A stretch of DNA of 59,393 bases from a virus (taxonomy: Duplodnaviria > Caudoviricetes), in the IMG/VR virus record IMGVR_UViG_3300042922_000225, positions 1 through 59,393 of that record, one strand, 5' to 3'. Shown piece after piece: positions 46,373-56,138 of the stretch (positions are counted from its first letter, which is position 1; each line of letters begins with the position of its first letter). A program made the translations under genes and the position numbers. Under the pieces are notes generated by a model. That model was not told the DNA's origin and searched no databases. It saw only the letters and a list, made by a program, of their open reading frames with translations.

Positions 46373-48187
46373 ATGCCCGATCTTGATCTGCCCATCCCGG
46401 GCGTTACACCCGGCCCTGAGTGGGCGACAAAGAACAACGCGGCCCTTAACGCGCTTAATGAAGTTATGGAGACGGGGCGACTCTCGCAGGAGGGCCTTGA
46501 AGCGGAACTAGTTTCTACCGCGGCCGACCTCAATCCGGAGGCACTGTCAGACTCTTTCATCGCCCAGCAAATTGCCACTCCCGGGAGTCAGACGGCTACT
46601 GAATTGTCAGGGGCGGTTGAGGGTGAGGTCGCAACTAAAATTGCCACTTCTCCCGATATAGTGGCGCGGCCCGATAAGCTACGGCGAACCCGGGTGGGGC
46701 TGGCCAATACTCCTACGCGCCGGTCAACCATTTTCGCAATCGGTGATTCAGTAACTGAGGGGGACGCGGCTACAGCCCGGGATCGCCGCTGGGTTGATGT
46801 CCTTCGCGCGGTGTTGCAGCGTACCTTTCCCTCTATTAACGGGGAGGAGGCAGTCGGGTTCATCCCGGCTAACTACTTTACCACTTCATTCCCCCAGGTC
46901 TTCTCATTCACCGGTACGACCTCCCAGTACAACTATTTCGGACCTGGGGGCCGGTCCCGCCGTATGGAGCCGTCCTCGGAAGCCACAGCGACTATCCAGG
47001 GCGCGTCGAGCATTGATGTGATGTACGCCAAGGCGACCTTCACTGGCCGAATGGAAATCCTCATCGATGGCGTCTCACAAGGTACAACTCAGACCTCTGC
47101 CGCATCCAGCCTGGACGGGTTCGCGGTTCGTGTCGTAATGCCCGACACGGGTCCTCACGAGGTTAAGGTTAGACCCTTCGAAGCGTTCCCGATTATGTTC
47201 GAGGGAGTGATCGTCAATAACGGCAATGAGGCTTCCGGGGTTCGCGTCATCGACGCCGGGCACTGGGGGTGGACCACCAGCCATTTCCTCACGGGTGGGG
47301 GTCCCTCCAGTCTGGGCCAACTGGCCTCCTACCTCGATCCCGACCTCGTGACTATCGCGCTGACCGCGAATGATTACTCCGGCCAGGTACCAATTGCCAC
47401 GTACAAAGCGAACATCGTCGCGCTGATCGCAGCCGTTCGGGCCAGTGGGGCGACCCCCGATATAATGCTGATTGCGTACCCGGAACGAAGCAACGTAATT
47501 TCCCCTGCGATCCCATACTCCGCGTATGTGGACGCACTTGCTGAGGTGGCGGCGGCGGACATGAGTGTGACACTCCTGGATCTTCGCCGATACATGGATA
47601 AAGTCGCGGAGGACACCCTCTCGCTGTGGGCCGACAACGTGCACCCAAACGACCGGGGGGGAAGAACCATCGGTCAGTACATTGCTGCGTTCCTCTCCGC
47701 GGGCGTTACACCCCAACCGAAGCCCCGAGACCGGGAGTCGGTGTTCATCCCCGCTTCCGCCTTCACCCCCTCCGCTGGCTCCCCCGCGATGGCTGTGGGG
47801 TCTGGGGCTTACACGGGCCTAGCCTACGATGCCAGCGCCCAAGAGGCGGCAGTTACTTGGACTCGGCTGCCCGTTGGATGGACAAAGGTTAATGTCGAGT
47901 TGTACTGGTTGCACTACAACAGCACACCCAGTGGCGATGTAATCTGGCGTATAAATCTCCGGCAGCAACCCATCGGAGCCGTAACTGACGCCAACTTGGC
48001 CGATGTTACAAAGCAAGTTACCGCTCCAGCACAGTTTGTCAGTCAACGCCTGGCGCTTGTTTCGGGTCAAGCCATTTCCCCGGATAAACTCACAGGTATT
48101 TCGGTCATTCGGATGGCGGCGGGTGCGGGGGACACATTCGCGGCGGACTCTATTCTCGTGGGCGTCCGTCTGGTTCGGGTAGAGTAG
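46373..48187 (+). CDS. Virion protein with an SGNH/GDSL hydrolase domain
   Basis: Block I AIGDSVTEG, block II AGHWG, block III ANDY, block V DNVHPN. Confidence 0.8.
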   Translation: MPDLDLPIPGVTPGPEWATKNNAALNALNEVMETGRLSQEGLEAELVSTAADLNPEALSDSFIAQQIATPGSQTATELSGAVEGEVATKIATSPDIVARPDKLRRTRVGLANTPTRRSTIFAIGDSVTEGDAATARDRRWVDVLRAVLQRTFPSINGEEAVGFIPANYFTTSFPQVFSFTGTTSQYNYFGPGGRSRRMEPSSEATATIQGASSIDVMYAKATFTGRMEILIDGVSQGTTQTSAASSLDGFAVRVVMPDTGPHEVKVRPFEAFPIMFEGVIVNNGNEASGVRVIDAGHWGWTTSHFLTGGGPSSLGQLASYLDPDLVTIALTANDYSGQVPIATYKANIVALIAAVRASGATPDIMLIAYPERSNVISPAIPYSAYVDALAEVAAADMSVTLLDLRRYMDKVAEDTLSLWADNVHPNDRGGRTIGQYIAAFLSAGVTPQPKPRDRESVFIPASAFTPSAGSPAMAVGSGAYTGLAYDASAQEAAVTWTRLPVGWTKVNVELYWLHYNSTPSGDVIWRINLRQQPIGAVTDANLADVTKQVTAPAQFVSQRLALVSGQAISPDKLTGISVIRMAAGAGDTFAADSILVGVRLVRVE

Positions 48188-48244
48188 TTTACACCCCTCC
48201 TGATAAACTAGATAGGAGAGATTCGCTTCCCGAAGGGACCTGCC

Positions 48245-49228
48245 TTGGCATATTCAAACCGTAACCGTTTTTGGTTCGGGACAATGGCAGGTAACTCCGA
48301 ATGGTTCCCCACCCCTGTCCGAGGTGCAGAAATGAACCCGGAAGGGTGGAGCGCAGGCGGCACTCTTCTTAACGGTGGCGGATACCAGTTTAACTCGTTC
48401 GGGTCTCACAAGACCTACACGTTCGAATGGCGCGATTCTTCGGCAATTGAGGCCGCTGCGAGGATGAAAGCGTACTCGGACGGAACCTACGGACGTGGCC
48501 TGATCCAATTTGTTGACCCGTTGATCTACGATAAGAACACCGCGCCTGCTCAGCTTGCAGACCCCTCCATTGCCATTGGATACGAGGGCGTGTCGATGGT
48601 GTACGGGGTTGAGCCGACCGGTACCCCCACCCCGAATCGCCGTAAGAACGCACTGCCGGTAACTTCCGCCGTCTACAGCCTGGGAATCGTGGACGCCGGT
48701 TTCCGGGGTACGGAGGGCGCGGTGTTCCTTCCTATCCCGGAGGGTCACGTACTGGCTCTGGGTGCGGTCTACTCGGCCACGGGTTCAGGCGGCGTGTTCG
48801 TGTCGTGGCAGGACAGCGACGGCGTTATTCACGAGGCTCAGCGCTTGACTGAAGTTGACCCCGAGGCAGACACTCTCCTCCCGGACATCGTAATCCAGGG
48901 CGAAGGCGTATGGGTGTGGGTAGGCAAGGAGTCAGCGGGCTCGGCGTCCGTTACGTTCTCGGCGTTCATTTCCCGCCTAGTTCGGAAGCGTGATGTGGCG
49001 GAGTTCGGCCTGTACGGCGACGGTTTCTACGGCCAGTTCACGTACGGAGAAGCATTCCCGCGCGTTCTCGTTCAGCGCCTCATTACGGGTCCGTGGATGG
49101 CGGGCCTGGGTCACTCGGGGTGCCGGTTCATCGGTAAGCCCACGTACGTTGCCAACGGGCCGTTTAACGGCGGTCAAGCCGGGTTTGCGGCGAGCTTCAG
49201 AGAAGTAGGCCAATGGGTGGTGGCTTGA
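48245..49228 (+). CDS. Minor tail protein (Dit-like)
   Basis: Position after TMP; LLNGGGY, IQFVDP. Confidence 0.7.
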   Translation: MAYSNRNRFWFGTMAGNSEWFPTPVRGAEMNPEGWSAGGTLLNGGGYQFNSFGSHKTYTFEWRDSSAIEAAARMKAYSDGTYGRGLIQFVDPLIYDKNTAPAQLADPSIAIGYEGVSMVYGVEPTGTPTPNRRKNALPVTSAVYSLGIVDAGFRGTEGAVFLPIPEGHVLALGAVYSATGSGGVFVSWQDSDGVIHEAQRLTEVDPEADTLLPDIVIQGEGVWVWVGKESAGSASVTFSAFISRLVRKRDVAEFGLYGDGFYGQFTYGEAFPRVLVQRLITGPWMAGLGHSGCRFIGKPTYVANGPFNGGQAGFAASFREVGQWVVA

Positions 49229-49229
49229 C

Positions 49230-50759
49230 ATGGGCTACAACCTTTCAATCGACGGCTATGACTACAAGTTCCACCCCGCAGGCTACACTGTCCAAGAAGA
49301 CGCCACCCCGCTTCCTGCGAACGACTCTTTCGGCTCTGTCGGCACCATCGACATCACGCTTCCGATGCCCGATGAGTACGCAGGCGGTCGCACGAACCCG
49401 CTGGTGCGCTTTGGCCCCGAATGGCTGATCGATAAGACCTTCGTGTTCACCGATACTGAGCGCGGATCTATTCCCGGCACGTTCCTCTCGGCTAACGTGA
49501 GCCTTGCAGACGGCACAATCCGAGTCTCCGGGCTCCCCCGTACGGGCATCCTGAACGTGTATAACGTCAACGCGCAGCCTTTCGTGGGTACCCTTGGCAA
49601 TGCGATTGCCTACTACCTCTCCCTTGCGAACGTAACCACGGGCTACAACGTGGACTCGACCCTAGCCGCCCGGTACGTAACCTTCCCGGGTTGGACAGGT
49701 GAGCTTTGGTACCACCTGAAGCAGATGGCGTCCGTCCACAATATCGACATTTCCCTGGTCAACGGGATTATCTACTTCCGCCCTATTCGCCGCCGCACCA
49801 TTGAGCGCGGTGTGGACATCTCCAAGAACCGCGACCTGAACCTGCCTACCCTGGCGCAGGCGGTAGAAGTCTACAACTACAAGAACCGGGCTATCACCAA
49901 CGAACTCGTTTACCCGCCCAAGGGTTGGACCCCAGAGGTGGAAGTCTACAACGTTAACGCCGGGGAGACGGCGGAATACACTCTGGAGCTTTCTTCGTCG
50001 GTGTCCTCTATTCAGACCCCCGTCATGCAGACGAGCGTGACTCCGGGATACGCTGCATCATCGGTATATACGGTTGTGGCAAACGACGGACTTCCCATCC
50101 CCCCGCAGCAGTGGATCAACCACGGCGGACGGTTTGAACTTACGATAAACCCGGACACGGTAACCCTTAACCTCAAGTTGACGGGACCTACGGGAATCCC
50201 GACTGCTTACGGAACGGTAGCTACCAACTTCTCACTTGCTCTCGCTTCGGACTCTACGGGCAACCGCTATTCGACCCTGCGTGTCGTAGGTACGGGTGTT
50301 ATGTTCGATAAAGGCGACCCGCTTAGAATCCGAACAGGAGTCCCCGCGACCAAAGCCCCGACTGAGGTGGGTGTGACGGTCGATAACCCGTTTGTATCCG
50401 ACCTGGACGACTGCTACCGGATCGGTACTCGTGCGGCTCGTGAGTTCGCGTATCCCGCCCCGGACATCTCGGCGGACATTGTTCGGGCTATTCCGCTGGA
50501 CGACGACGAGTGGCTGGGTTCCACCTTCGGTAACGTGGCAGGCGCTCGCGTGTGGGATGCATCTTCTAAGCGCTTCTACCGTGTCCGGGAATCCCGTTTC
50601 AGCGAAGGCTCGATCAGCTACTCCGCGGACGATGACCTGACCTACGGCGACGTGGAAGAACACTTCGACGGCTACACTTACGGCGATATCGAGGACTTGT
50701 ACGACGGGTTCAACTACCTCCAGGTAGAGCGCCGGGGGCTGGTGAACTTTGGAGACTGA
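49230..50759 (+). CDS. Minor tail protein (baseplate hub-like)
   Basis: Synteny; YTVQEDATPL N-terminus and TYGD repeats at the C-terminus. Confidence 0.72.
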   Translation: MGYNLSIDGYDYKFHPAGYTVQEDATPLPANDSFGSVGTIDITLPMPDEYAGGRTNPLVRFGPEWLIDKTFVFTDTERGSIPGTFLSANVSLADGTIRVSGLPRTGILNVYNVNAQPFVGTLGNAIAYYLSLANVTTGYNVDSTLAARYVTFPGWTGELWYHLKQMASVHNIDISLVNGIIYFRPIRRRTIERGVDISKNRDLNLPTLAQAVEVYNYKNRAITNELVYPPKGWTPEVEVYNVNAGETAEYTLELSSSVSSIQTPVMQTSVTPGYAASSVYTVVANDGLPIPPQQWINHGGRFELTINPDTVTLNLKLTGPTGIPTAYGTVATNFSLALASDSTGNRYSTLRVVGTGVMFDKGDPLRIRTGVPATKAPTEVGVTVDNPFVSDLDDCYRIGTRAAREFAYPAPDISADIVRAIPLDDDEWLGSTFGNVAGARVWDASSKRFYRVRESRFSEGSISYSADDDLTYGDVEEHFDGYTYGDIEDLYDGFNYLQVERRGLVNFGD

Positions 50760-51801
50760 TGTTTTTCCCCGTCGGAACCTCGGTAAGGCTGAGCAATGGG
50801 GCCGGGAGGTAGAGCGCCGGACCCGCTTGATCGACCGCACGGTGGGTATCCGCGACCAGTCATTCTCCGGGGCAGACCGCTACATTTCGTCTTCGGCTAA
50901 GGCCATCGCAGATCAGGCCACTGCTACCCTTGCCGCTTACAAGCTCATCCCCATCCCCGTAAATCTCTCCGCCCACACAAACTCGGTGGCAGTGGGGCCC
51001 GCATGGTCTACGGTTGCAACCCTTACCGTGGCGCTTAACGAGGATATGTCTTTTGCGGATCTCGTGGTGATTGGGGATGCTCAGTTCGATGAAGTACGTC
51101 AAGGCGGTGGCGGAGGTCCTGCGCAGTTCGTGTGGCCCTATCCTCTGGACTACACAACCGACGAGTACGGACCGAGACCGGGAATTGGCGACGGCTTCCA
51201 CAAGGGCCTCGACTTTGCAGGAGGTCCCGCCTCCTCGGGTAACCCGATTCCCGCCACAGCCAACGGCACCGTGATCGCACGGGCTTATCAAGAAGAGCGC
51301 GGTAACTACGTTATCCTCGACCACGGCATGCGGGACGGTAACAATCTCCAGACGTGGTACTACCACATGAACGCTCCTGCTCCGGTGTCAGTGGGTCAAT
51401 CCGTAACTCAGGGTCAGACAATCGGCTACATCGGAAATACGGGTTTGTCGATGGGCGCTCACCTCCACTATGAAACCCGCATCAACGGGGAGCACTTGAA
51501 CCCCCGGGCGTTCATGGACCTCTACGGCGGGGCATCCAGCACCGAGCCCGGCCCCGTTCAGGACATCTACGGGCGTCTGATTATCGGCGGGACGGTGAGT
51601 CAGGAGGAGCGCTACCCCGCAATGGTGGGGGGGACGCCCCTTACCGGTCGGCAATGGACTAAGGTCGTGGCGGGCGGGTCCTTTCCCATTACCGCGTCCA
51701 CAATCTCCGTCCAGTTGCAACTTAAGTCTTCACTCCAACCCGTAGTCATCACCAACACACCTTTCGCATCGATTACAGTTCTAGGGGCAATTAGAGCATG
51801 A
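50749..51801 (+). CDS. Minor tail protein with an inserted M23 peptidase domain
   Basis: HKGLD (HxxxD), GNYVILDH, YYHM, GNTGLSMGAHLHYE. Confidence 0.82.
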   Translation: METDVFPRRNLGKAEQWGREVERRTRLIDRTVGIRDQSFSGADRYISSSAKAIADQATATLAAYKLIPIPVNLSAHTNSVAVGPAWSTVATLTVALNEDMSFADLVVIGDAQFDEVRQGGGGGPAQFVWPYPLDYTTDEYGPRPGIGDGFHKGLDFAGGPASSGNPIPATANGTVIARAYQEERGNYVILDHGMRDGNNLQTWYYHMNAPAPVSVGQSVTQGQTIGYIGNTGLSMGAHLHYETRINGEHLNPRAFMDLYGGASSTEPGPVQDIYGRLIIGGTVSQEERYPAMVGGTPLTGRQWTKVVAGGSFPITASTISVQLQLKSSLQPVVITNTPFASITVLGAIRA

Positions 51802-52394
51802 GCACTGACGTATTTCCCCGCCGCAATCTTCCCGATAAGGCCGAAGACTGGGGCCGGAAGGTCGAAGAGCGCATTGTGGCCCTCGAAGGCGTCGGTCAAA
51901 TCCTGGGAGGAAAGGCCCAGGGCGTTAACCGTACCCAAGCCTCTTCCCTACAGGACCTCGCGCAGCAACTCGCCCGTCTTGACGCACTTCAGCGATCCAT
52001 CCCACGGTCGGCTGCGATCACCACATCCAACTACAACTTTGGGCTTGGAACTACCGGCTGGAATACCATCGCCGAAACTACACTTTCGGGTTCGGGTTCG
52101 GGCGGCTCGGTAACAGCAGTCACGTCGGGAACCCTGATTTCGGGTGCTGCGGAAACCCTCATCGGAACCCGTTTTAGGTTGGTGCTGAACAACACGAACG
52201 CGTCCCCCGAATTCCCCGGAATGTACACCCCGCAGGGAGCTTTCTACGTTCCTGTCATACCGTCCTACTCGTGGAATTTCACAGGCACTTCCGCAAACGT
52301 CAAACTCCAATGCGCCCCCGAAGCGACCCAGCCCTGGCCGGGCGGAACAGGAAGCCACGTAGCACTCGCCCTTTATGGGTCTTTCTACGGCTGA
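51798..52394 (+). CDS. Minor tail protein, paralog of the preceding gene
   Basis: Shares TDVFPRRNL..AE.WGR.VE.R N-terminus. Confidence 0.72.
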   Translation: MSTDVFPRRNLPDKAEDWGRKVEERIVALEGVGQILGGKAQGVNRTQASSLQDLAQQLARLDALQRSIPRSAAITTSNYNFGLGTTGWNTIAETTLSGSGSGGSVTAVTSGTLISGAAETLIGTRFRLVLNNTNASPEFPGMYTPQGAFYVPVIPSYSWNFTGTSANVKLQCAPEATQPWPGGTGSHVALALYGSFYG

Positions 52395-52415
52395 TAAACT
52401 TGATAGGGAGGACTA

Positions 52416-52934
52416 ATGCTTACATCACCTGACAATCTCTGGTCGCCCGACGAGGGCACCGAGTATAAGCCTGCTATCGATCAGGGCGCGTCGATGCAAT
52501 CGGTTCAGGATGCACTCTCCTCCCTCCGCGCGTCTTCGGTCACCCCGGGCGCGGTTTCTTTTAGCCCCACGTGGATCAACCTCACCCCCGGTAGTACGGG
52601 CGGCAGTATATCGGCCAAGTACCAGTTGATCCGAGGTCGATGCGTGGGGGAGATCGACGTGGTTCTCGGTTCGGGTTTCGCCCTCAACACCGGGGCTGTT
52701 GCCTTCCAGCCCCCCGTTCCTATGACCGCATCCCTCTACCACCCGGTTGGTACGGGTGTGTACGTGGACAGCGGAACGGGTTGGAGAAGCGGCCCCCTGC
52801 TTAACTTCGACGGAAACATTCGCCTTTTTGTTGTCGGGGGCGGCTACATGGTAAACGTGAACGCTACGGGAGACCCCTTCGGATGGGCTCAGGGCGACCG
52901 TATTCACCTGGCGTTCGACTACCCAACTTACTAA
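52416..52934 (+). CDS. Minor tail / receptor-binding protein
   Basis: TSPDNLWSPD..SVQDAL N-terminus and a beta-rich C-domain. Confidence 0.65.
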   Translation: MLTSPDNLWSPDEGTEYKPAIDQGASMQSVQDALSSLRASSVTPGAVSFSPTWINLTPGSTGGSISAKYQLIRGRCVGEIDVVLGSGFALNTGAVAFQPPVPMTASLYHPVGTGVYVDSGTGWRSGPLLNFDGNIRLFVVGGGYMVNVNATGDPFGWAQGDRIHLAFDYPTY

Positions 52935-52944
52935 GGGGATTCCT

Positions 52945-53643
52945 ATGCAACGAGATTGGCCTAACGGGGGTACTACACCCCCCTCCAAACCCGGGATGAA
53001 CTCCCAGTACAACCCGTTCCGGTCCACAAACGAATTCGGTACCGATCACTCCCTCACGGGGTGGCACCGAGGTATCGACCTGATCGGCTTCAGCAACATT
53101 AGGGCTGCGGCGGACGGTCGTGTGGTCTTTTCCGGGTCGAATGGGACTGCGGGCTACGAGGTAAAGATCCGTCACACTGATCTGACCGCCACTAGGTACC
53201 TACACATGAAGGCGGGATCTCTCCGGGTCCGGACGGGCGACACCGTTAAGCGCGGGGATATCATTGGGGTTATGGGCGCTACCGGGTACGCTGACGGCCC
53301 CCACCTACACTTCGAGTGCCTTGATGTCGATGACAACCGGCGAATCAACCCACGACTTTATATTGGTGCCGGTACTGCCGCTGGAAGTGGCGGTGTACCT
53401 TTTGACCCGAACGGAGATGACGAATTGAACCAGGACGAGAAAGACAAGCTGGACGCGATCTACGGTGCCCTCGTTGCACCCAGCGCGAATGGCCCGTACT
53501 ACAAGACCGATGCACTTATGAACCTTATTCGCACAGAGGTCCAGAAGTCTCTTGCCGATATTCAGGCCGGTAAGATCAACTACCCGAACCAGGATTACAA
53601 CGCCTTTACCGCGATTGTAAACGAGGTTCGAGGACAGAACTAA
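52945..53643 (+). CDS. Endolysin, M23 peptidase
   Basis: HRGID, AAADGRV, YLHM, MGATGYADGPHLHFE, INP; followed by the holin. Confidence 0.85.
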   Translation: MQRDWPNGGTTPPSKPGMNSQYNPFRSTNEFGTDHSLTGWHRGIDLIGFSNIRAAADGRVVFSGSNGTAGYEVKIRHTDLTATRYLHMKAGSLRVRTGDTVKRGDIIGVMGATGYADGPHLHFECLDVDDNRRINPRLYIGAGTAAGSGGVPFDPNGDDELNQDEKDKLDAIYGALVAPSANGPYYKTDALMNLIRTEVQKSLADIQAGKINYPNQDYNAFTAIVNEVRGQN

Positions 53644-53654
53644 GGAGAAGCACA

Positions 53655-53870
53655 ATGTCCGCATACGCAAAGGCTATCTACGCAGCTATCGTGGGTTTCG
53701 TGATCGCGTTCCTCACGGCAATTCTCCCCTACCTTCAGAATGGGGAGACTCTGGGCGAGGTCAACACCCTTGGTTGGGTGACTGCCCTCCTCGCCGGTCT
53801 GGTTTCGCTAGGTGTTACGGGCGGTGGCGTCTATGCCATCTCCAACAAGCCCGCGGTTACCAGCATCTAA
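53655..53870 (+). CDS. Holin
   Basis: Two TM helices, YAKAI..A start, GVYAISNKP end; directly after the endolysin. Confidence 0.8.
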   Translation: MSAYAKAIYAAIVGFVIAFLTAILPYLQNGETLGEVNTLGWVTALLAGLVSLGVTGGGVYAISNKPAVTSI

Positions 53871-53871
53871 G

Positions 53872-54034
53872 TTTCCGGTAAGGAAAACAAGGGCGACTCG
53901 CTACCGCCTTGGATGGAATGGGCTTAGGCCCGGCACGAGAAAGGAGCTTCCGGCTGTGACCCACGTAAGTGTCTGATCGGAGGTGACTCGCATCTCGGCT
54001 ACGCCCTACTGCTTCGGTGGTGGGGCGTTAGTCG
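53872..54034 (+). ncRNA. Candidate structured RNA downstream of the holin
   Basis: Five consecutive stems, including GUAA and UUCG tetraloops; no ORF. Confidence 0.4.
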
Positions 54035-54042
54035 TTGGGTAC

Positions 54043-54079
54043 GACAAAACCCCCGCCTGTGTAAGCACGGGGGTTGTGT
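54043..54079 (-). terminator. Terminator of the leftward operon
   Basis: ACAAAACCCCCG / CGGGGGTTGTGT inverted repeat at the convergence point. Confidence 0.65.
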
Positions 54080-54087
54080 ACGGTGTG

Positions 54088-54864
54088 TCAGATAGCGCGA
54101 ATCTCTGACGACGCCACTCGCTTTGTCTCCCGGAACCACGAGCCGCAGTCCAGGCACACAAGGCGTTGGTAATGGCCGGTGAGGGTCTTAGCCGTCCCGC
54201 GCTTCTGGAGGCTTGTAGAGCCGCAAGAGTGGCACGAGAACGGGTTGGACGGGTCCGCTGGATGGGGCATCTTGATGAAGGATTTCATCTCGTCAAACAA
54301 AGGCAGAAGGAGCTTGGTGTCCTTGATGCTGTACCGGCGCATCTTGTTCCACGCCCGCGTGCGGATTGCCTCATCCTCTGAGTTGCATTCAAGGGCCAAC
54401 TGCATCGTGTTGACATCGATCTTGCGATCCTCAAGCAACAGGGCTGAGACGTAATCGAGTTTCCGGGACAAGAACCGCGAGTGCTGCTTAGCCACCTGGA
54501 ACATGTCGATGTGCTTCACAGGCGGCGGTGCGCTCCATCCCTCCAGCAGGAAGGAGCCCTCGATCCACGGCCAGTCAAATCGCTTTGAGTTCCAGCCCAT
54601 GATGACATCGGCCTCAGAGACCAGATCGTATAGACCCTTGAGCATCCCGAGGTAGTCGCCCTCGTTGTGGTGCTCGCTGTCGAACAGGGTCTTCTTGGTT
54701 CCCACCCACTGCGCGCTGTAACACATGATCCGGCTGGGTGAAATGATCTGCCGGTGCCCAATGATCGGCTGCCACAAATCGTACGTCCACACGGCGGCGG
54801 GCATAATCTCAATATCCAGCGCCAGGATTTTCAGCTTCGAATGAGCTTCTACTGTATCACTCAC
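54088..54864 (-). CDS. RNase H-fold (DnaQ-like) exonuclease with a C-terminal zinc ribbon
   Basis: LALDIE, GWNSKRFDWP, HIDM, SRKLDYV, YSIKD; CHSCGS..CLDCGSW. Confidence 0.82.
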   Translation of the reverse strand: MSDTVEAHSKLKILALDIEIMPAAVWTYDLWQPIIGHRQIISPSRIMCYSAQWVGTKKTLFDSEHHNEGDYLGMLKGLYDLVSEADVIMGWNSKRFDWPWIEGSFLLEGWSAPPPVKHIDMFQVAKQHSRFLSRKLDYVSALLLEDRKIDVNTMQLALECNSEDEAIRTRAWNKMRRYSIKDTKLLLPLFDEMKSFIKMPHPADPSNPFSCHSCGSTSLQKRGTAKTLTGHYQRLVCLDCGSWFRETKRVASSEIRAI

Positions 54865-54891
54865 TTTGTCCCCTCTCCTCGTTCAAGTCTA

Positions 54892-55071
54892 CTAAACCTC
54901 TCTCCAGATGATGTTGAAGCTGTGAAGGCCCTGAGACTCCTCGATCCGCCGGTACACCTCGTGCTCCAGCCGGGGCTTGGACGACTCGTGAACGAAGTCA
55001 TCGAGCGTTGTCACATAGGCCGTCCACTCGTTGCGCCGAACGTGCGTGATATCGACCGGGATGTAGTTCAC
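54892..55071 (-). CDS. Hypothetical protein
   Basis: GTG start after AAAGGAGG. Confidence 0.5.
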   Translation of the reverse strand: MNYIPVDITHVRRNEWTAYVTTLDDFVHESSKPRLEHEVYRRIEESQGLHSFNIIWREV

Positions 55072-55250
55072 AGCAGCCCCTCCTTTATTGCCCACTTGAT
55101 GCACGCCACGGGGTCTCCACTGCCGAAGCGCTGCCCGTCAAGAAACTCAATCACTCTATCCACTCCTTCTTTGTACCCCATCGTCTGATAGACCGTGATT
55201 CGGTCCCAGCTTTCACCGAAGTCTTCGTCGTTGAAGTCGGCGTATCTCAC
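55068..55250 (-). CDS. Hypothetical protein
   Basis: Packed ORF. Confidence 0.5.
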   Translation of the reverse strand: MRYADFNDEDFGESWDRITVYQTMGYKEGVDRVIEFLDGQRFGSGDPVACIKWAIKEGLL

Positions 55251-55298
55251 TTTGCCAGCCCCAGCCTCTCTTCCAGTCTTGCAAGAATCTCGTCGTAG

Positions 55299-55985
55299 TC
55301 AGTCATTGATCGCCTTCCAAGCACCATAGCTGATCGGGAACAGTGTTGCAATCCCCGCTTCGATCTTCTGAGCTACCTCCACGATTTCAAGCTGTGGGTG
55401 CCCGTGTGAGCCGTTACGGAGCTTCAGCACATCGAACCATGCCCGGAGGTTTCCTGAGACGTAGAAGGACGTGTAGAGGCCCTGTGGGAGCACCGCGCGG
55501 GCTACTTCCTTGGCGACGCCGTTCTTCAACATCAGGTTATACTGCTCGACGGCCTTGGCGGATGCAATCTCGATCCGGGTAACGGTGTTGGCGTTGAGGT
55601 TAAACCAGTCAGGGTCCTCGGGATCAAGGTGACCCATCTCAGGCCGAGCAGACGTACCCTTGTTCACCAAAGGGCGGTCAGCATCGGGAACCCAGAACAC
55701 GGGGTCTGGCTCGGTGTACCGTCCGGACTGCACGGAGAACGACAGGTGGCGGTGGCGAGTAATCTGCGCCAGCACGAACAGCGGTGCTTCTACCCGGAAG
55801 GTGGCCCCCAGGTGCTCAAACGGTGCAAAATGCCCTTCAGAAATCAGGTACTTAATCAGCCCGTTAAGGCGCTCAAGGCTTACGGTCTGCCCGCCGGTAG
55901 AAACCCGTGCAGCAGAGGCCGCGTCCTCATCGGAGCCCCAGTGCTGGAGGACATCTACCGTCATGTCACTTCGGAATTCAGTCAT
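55299..55985 (-). CDS. thyX: Flavin-dependent thymidylate synthase
   Basis: AARVS, GHFAPFEH, RHRHLSFSVQSGRY, AKEVARAVLP, NLRAW. Confidence 0.95.
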   Translation of the reverse strand: MTEFRSDMTVDVLQHWGSDEDAASAARVSTGGQTVSLERLNGLIKYLISEGHFAPFEHLGATFRVEAPLFVLAQITRHRHLSFSVQSGRYTEPDPVFWVPDADRPLVNKGTSARPEMGHLDPEDPDWFNLNANTVTRIEIASAKAVEQYNLMLKNGVAKEVARAVLPQGLYTSFYVSGNLRAWFDVLKLRNGSHGHPQLEIVEVAQKIEAGIATLFPISYGAWKAIND

Positions 55986-56138
55986 CGCTTCTCCCACCAC
56001 TCCCCGAACGCCGCACGTCCAGCGCTCTCTGCCGCCACTTCACTAGTGTAGTTGTCGTCCATGAAGATCAGATCCCCGTTGACTACGGTCGTCACGTCGT
56101 AAAGCTCGTGCTCATTCTTGTCGATGTCAATTTGCAGC

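Noticed and set aside
53932-54000. Superficial resemblance to a c-di-GMP-I riboswitch or a kink-turn
   Set aside because: Core consensus nucleotides do not match convincingly and no gene follows on this strand; kept only as an unassigned structured RNA.
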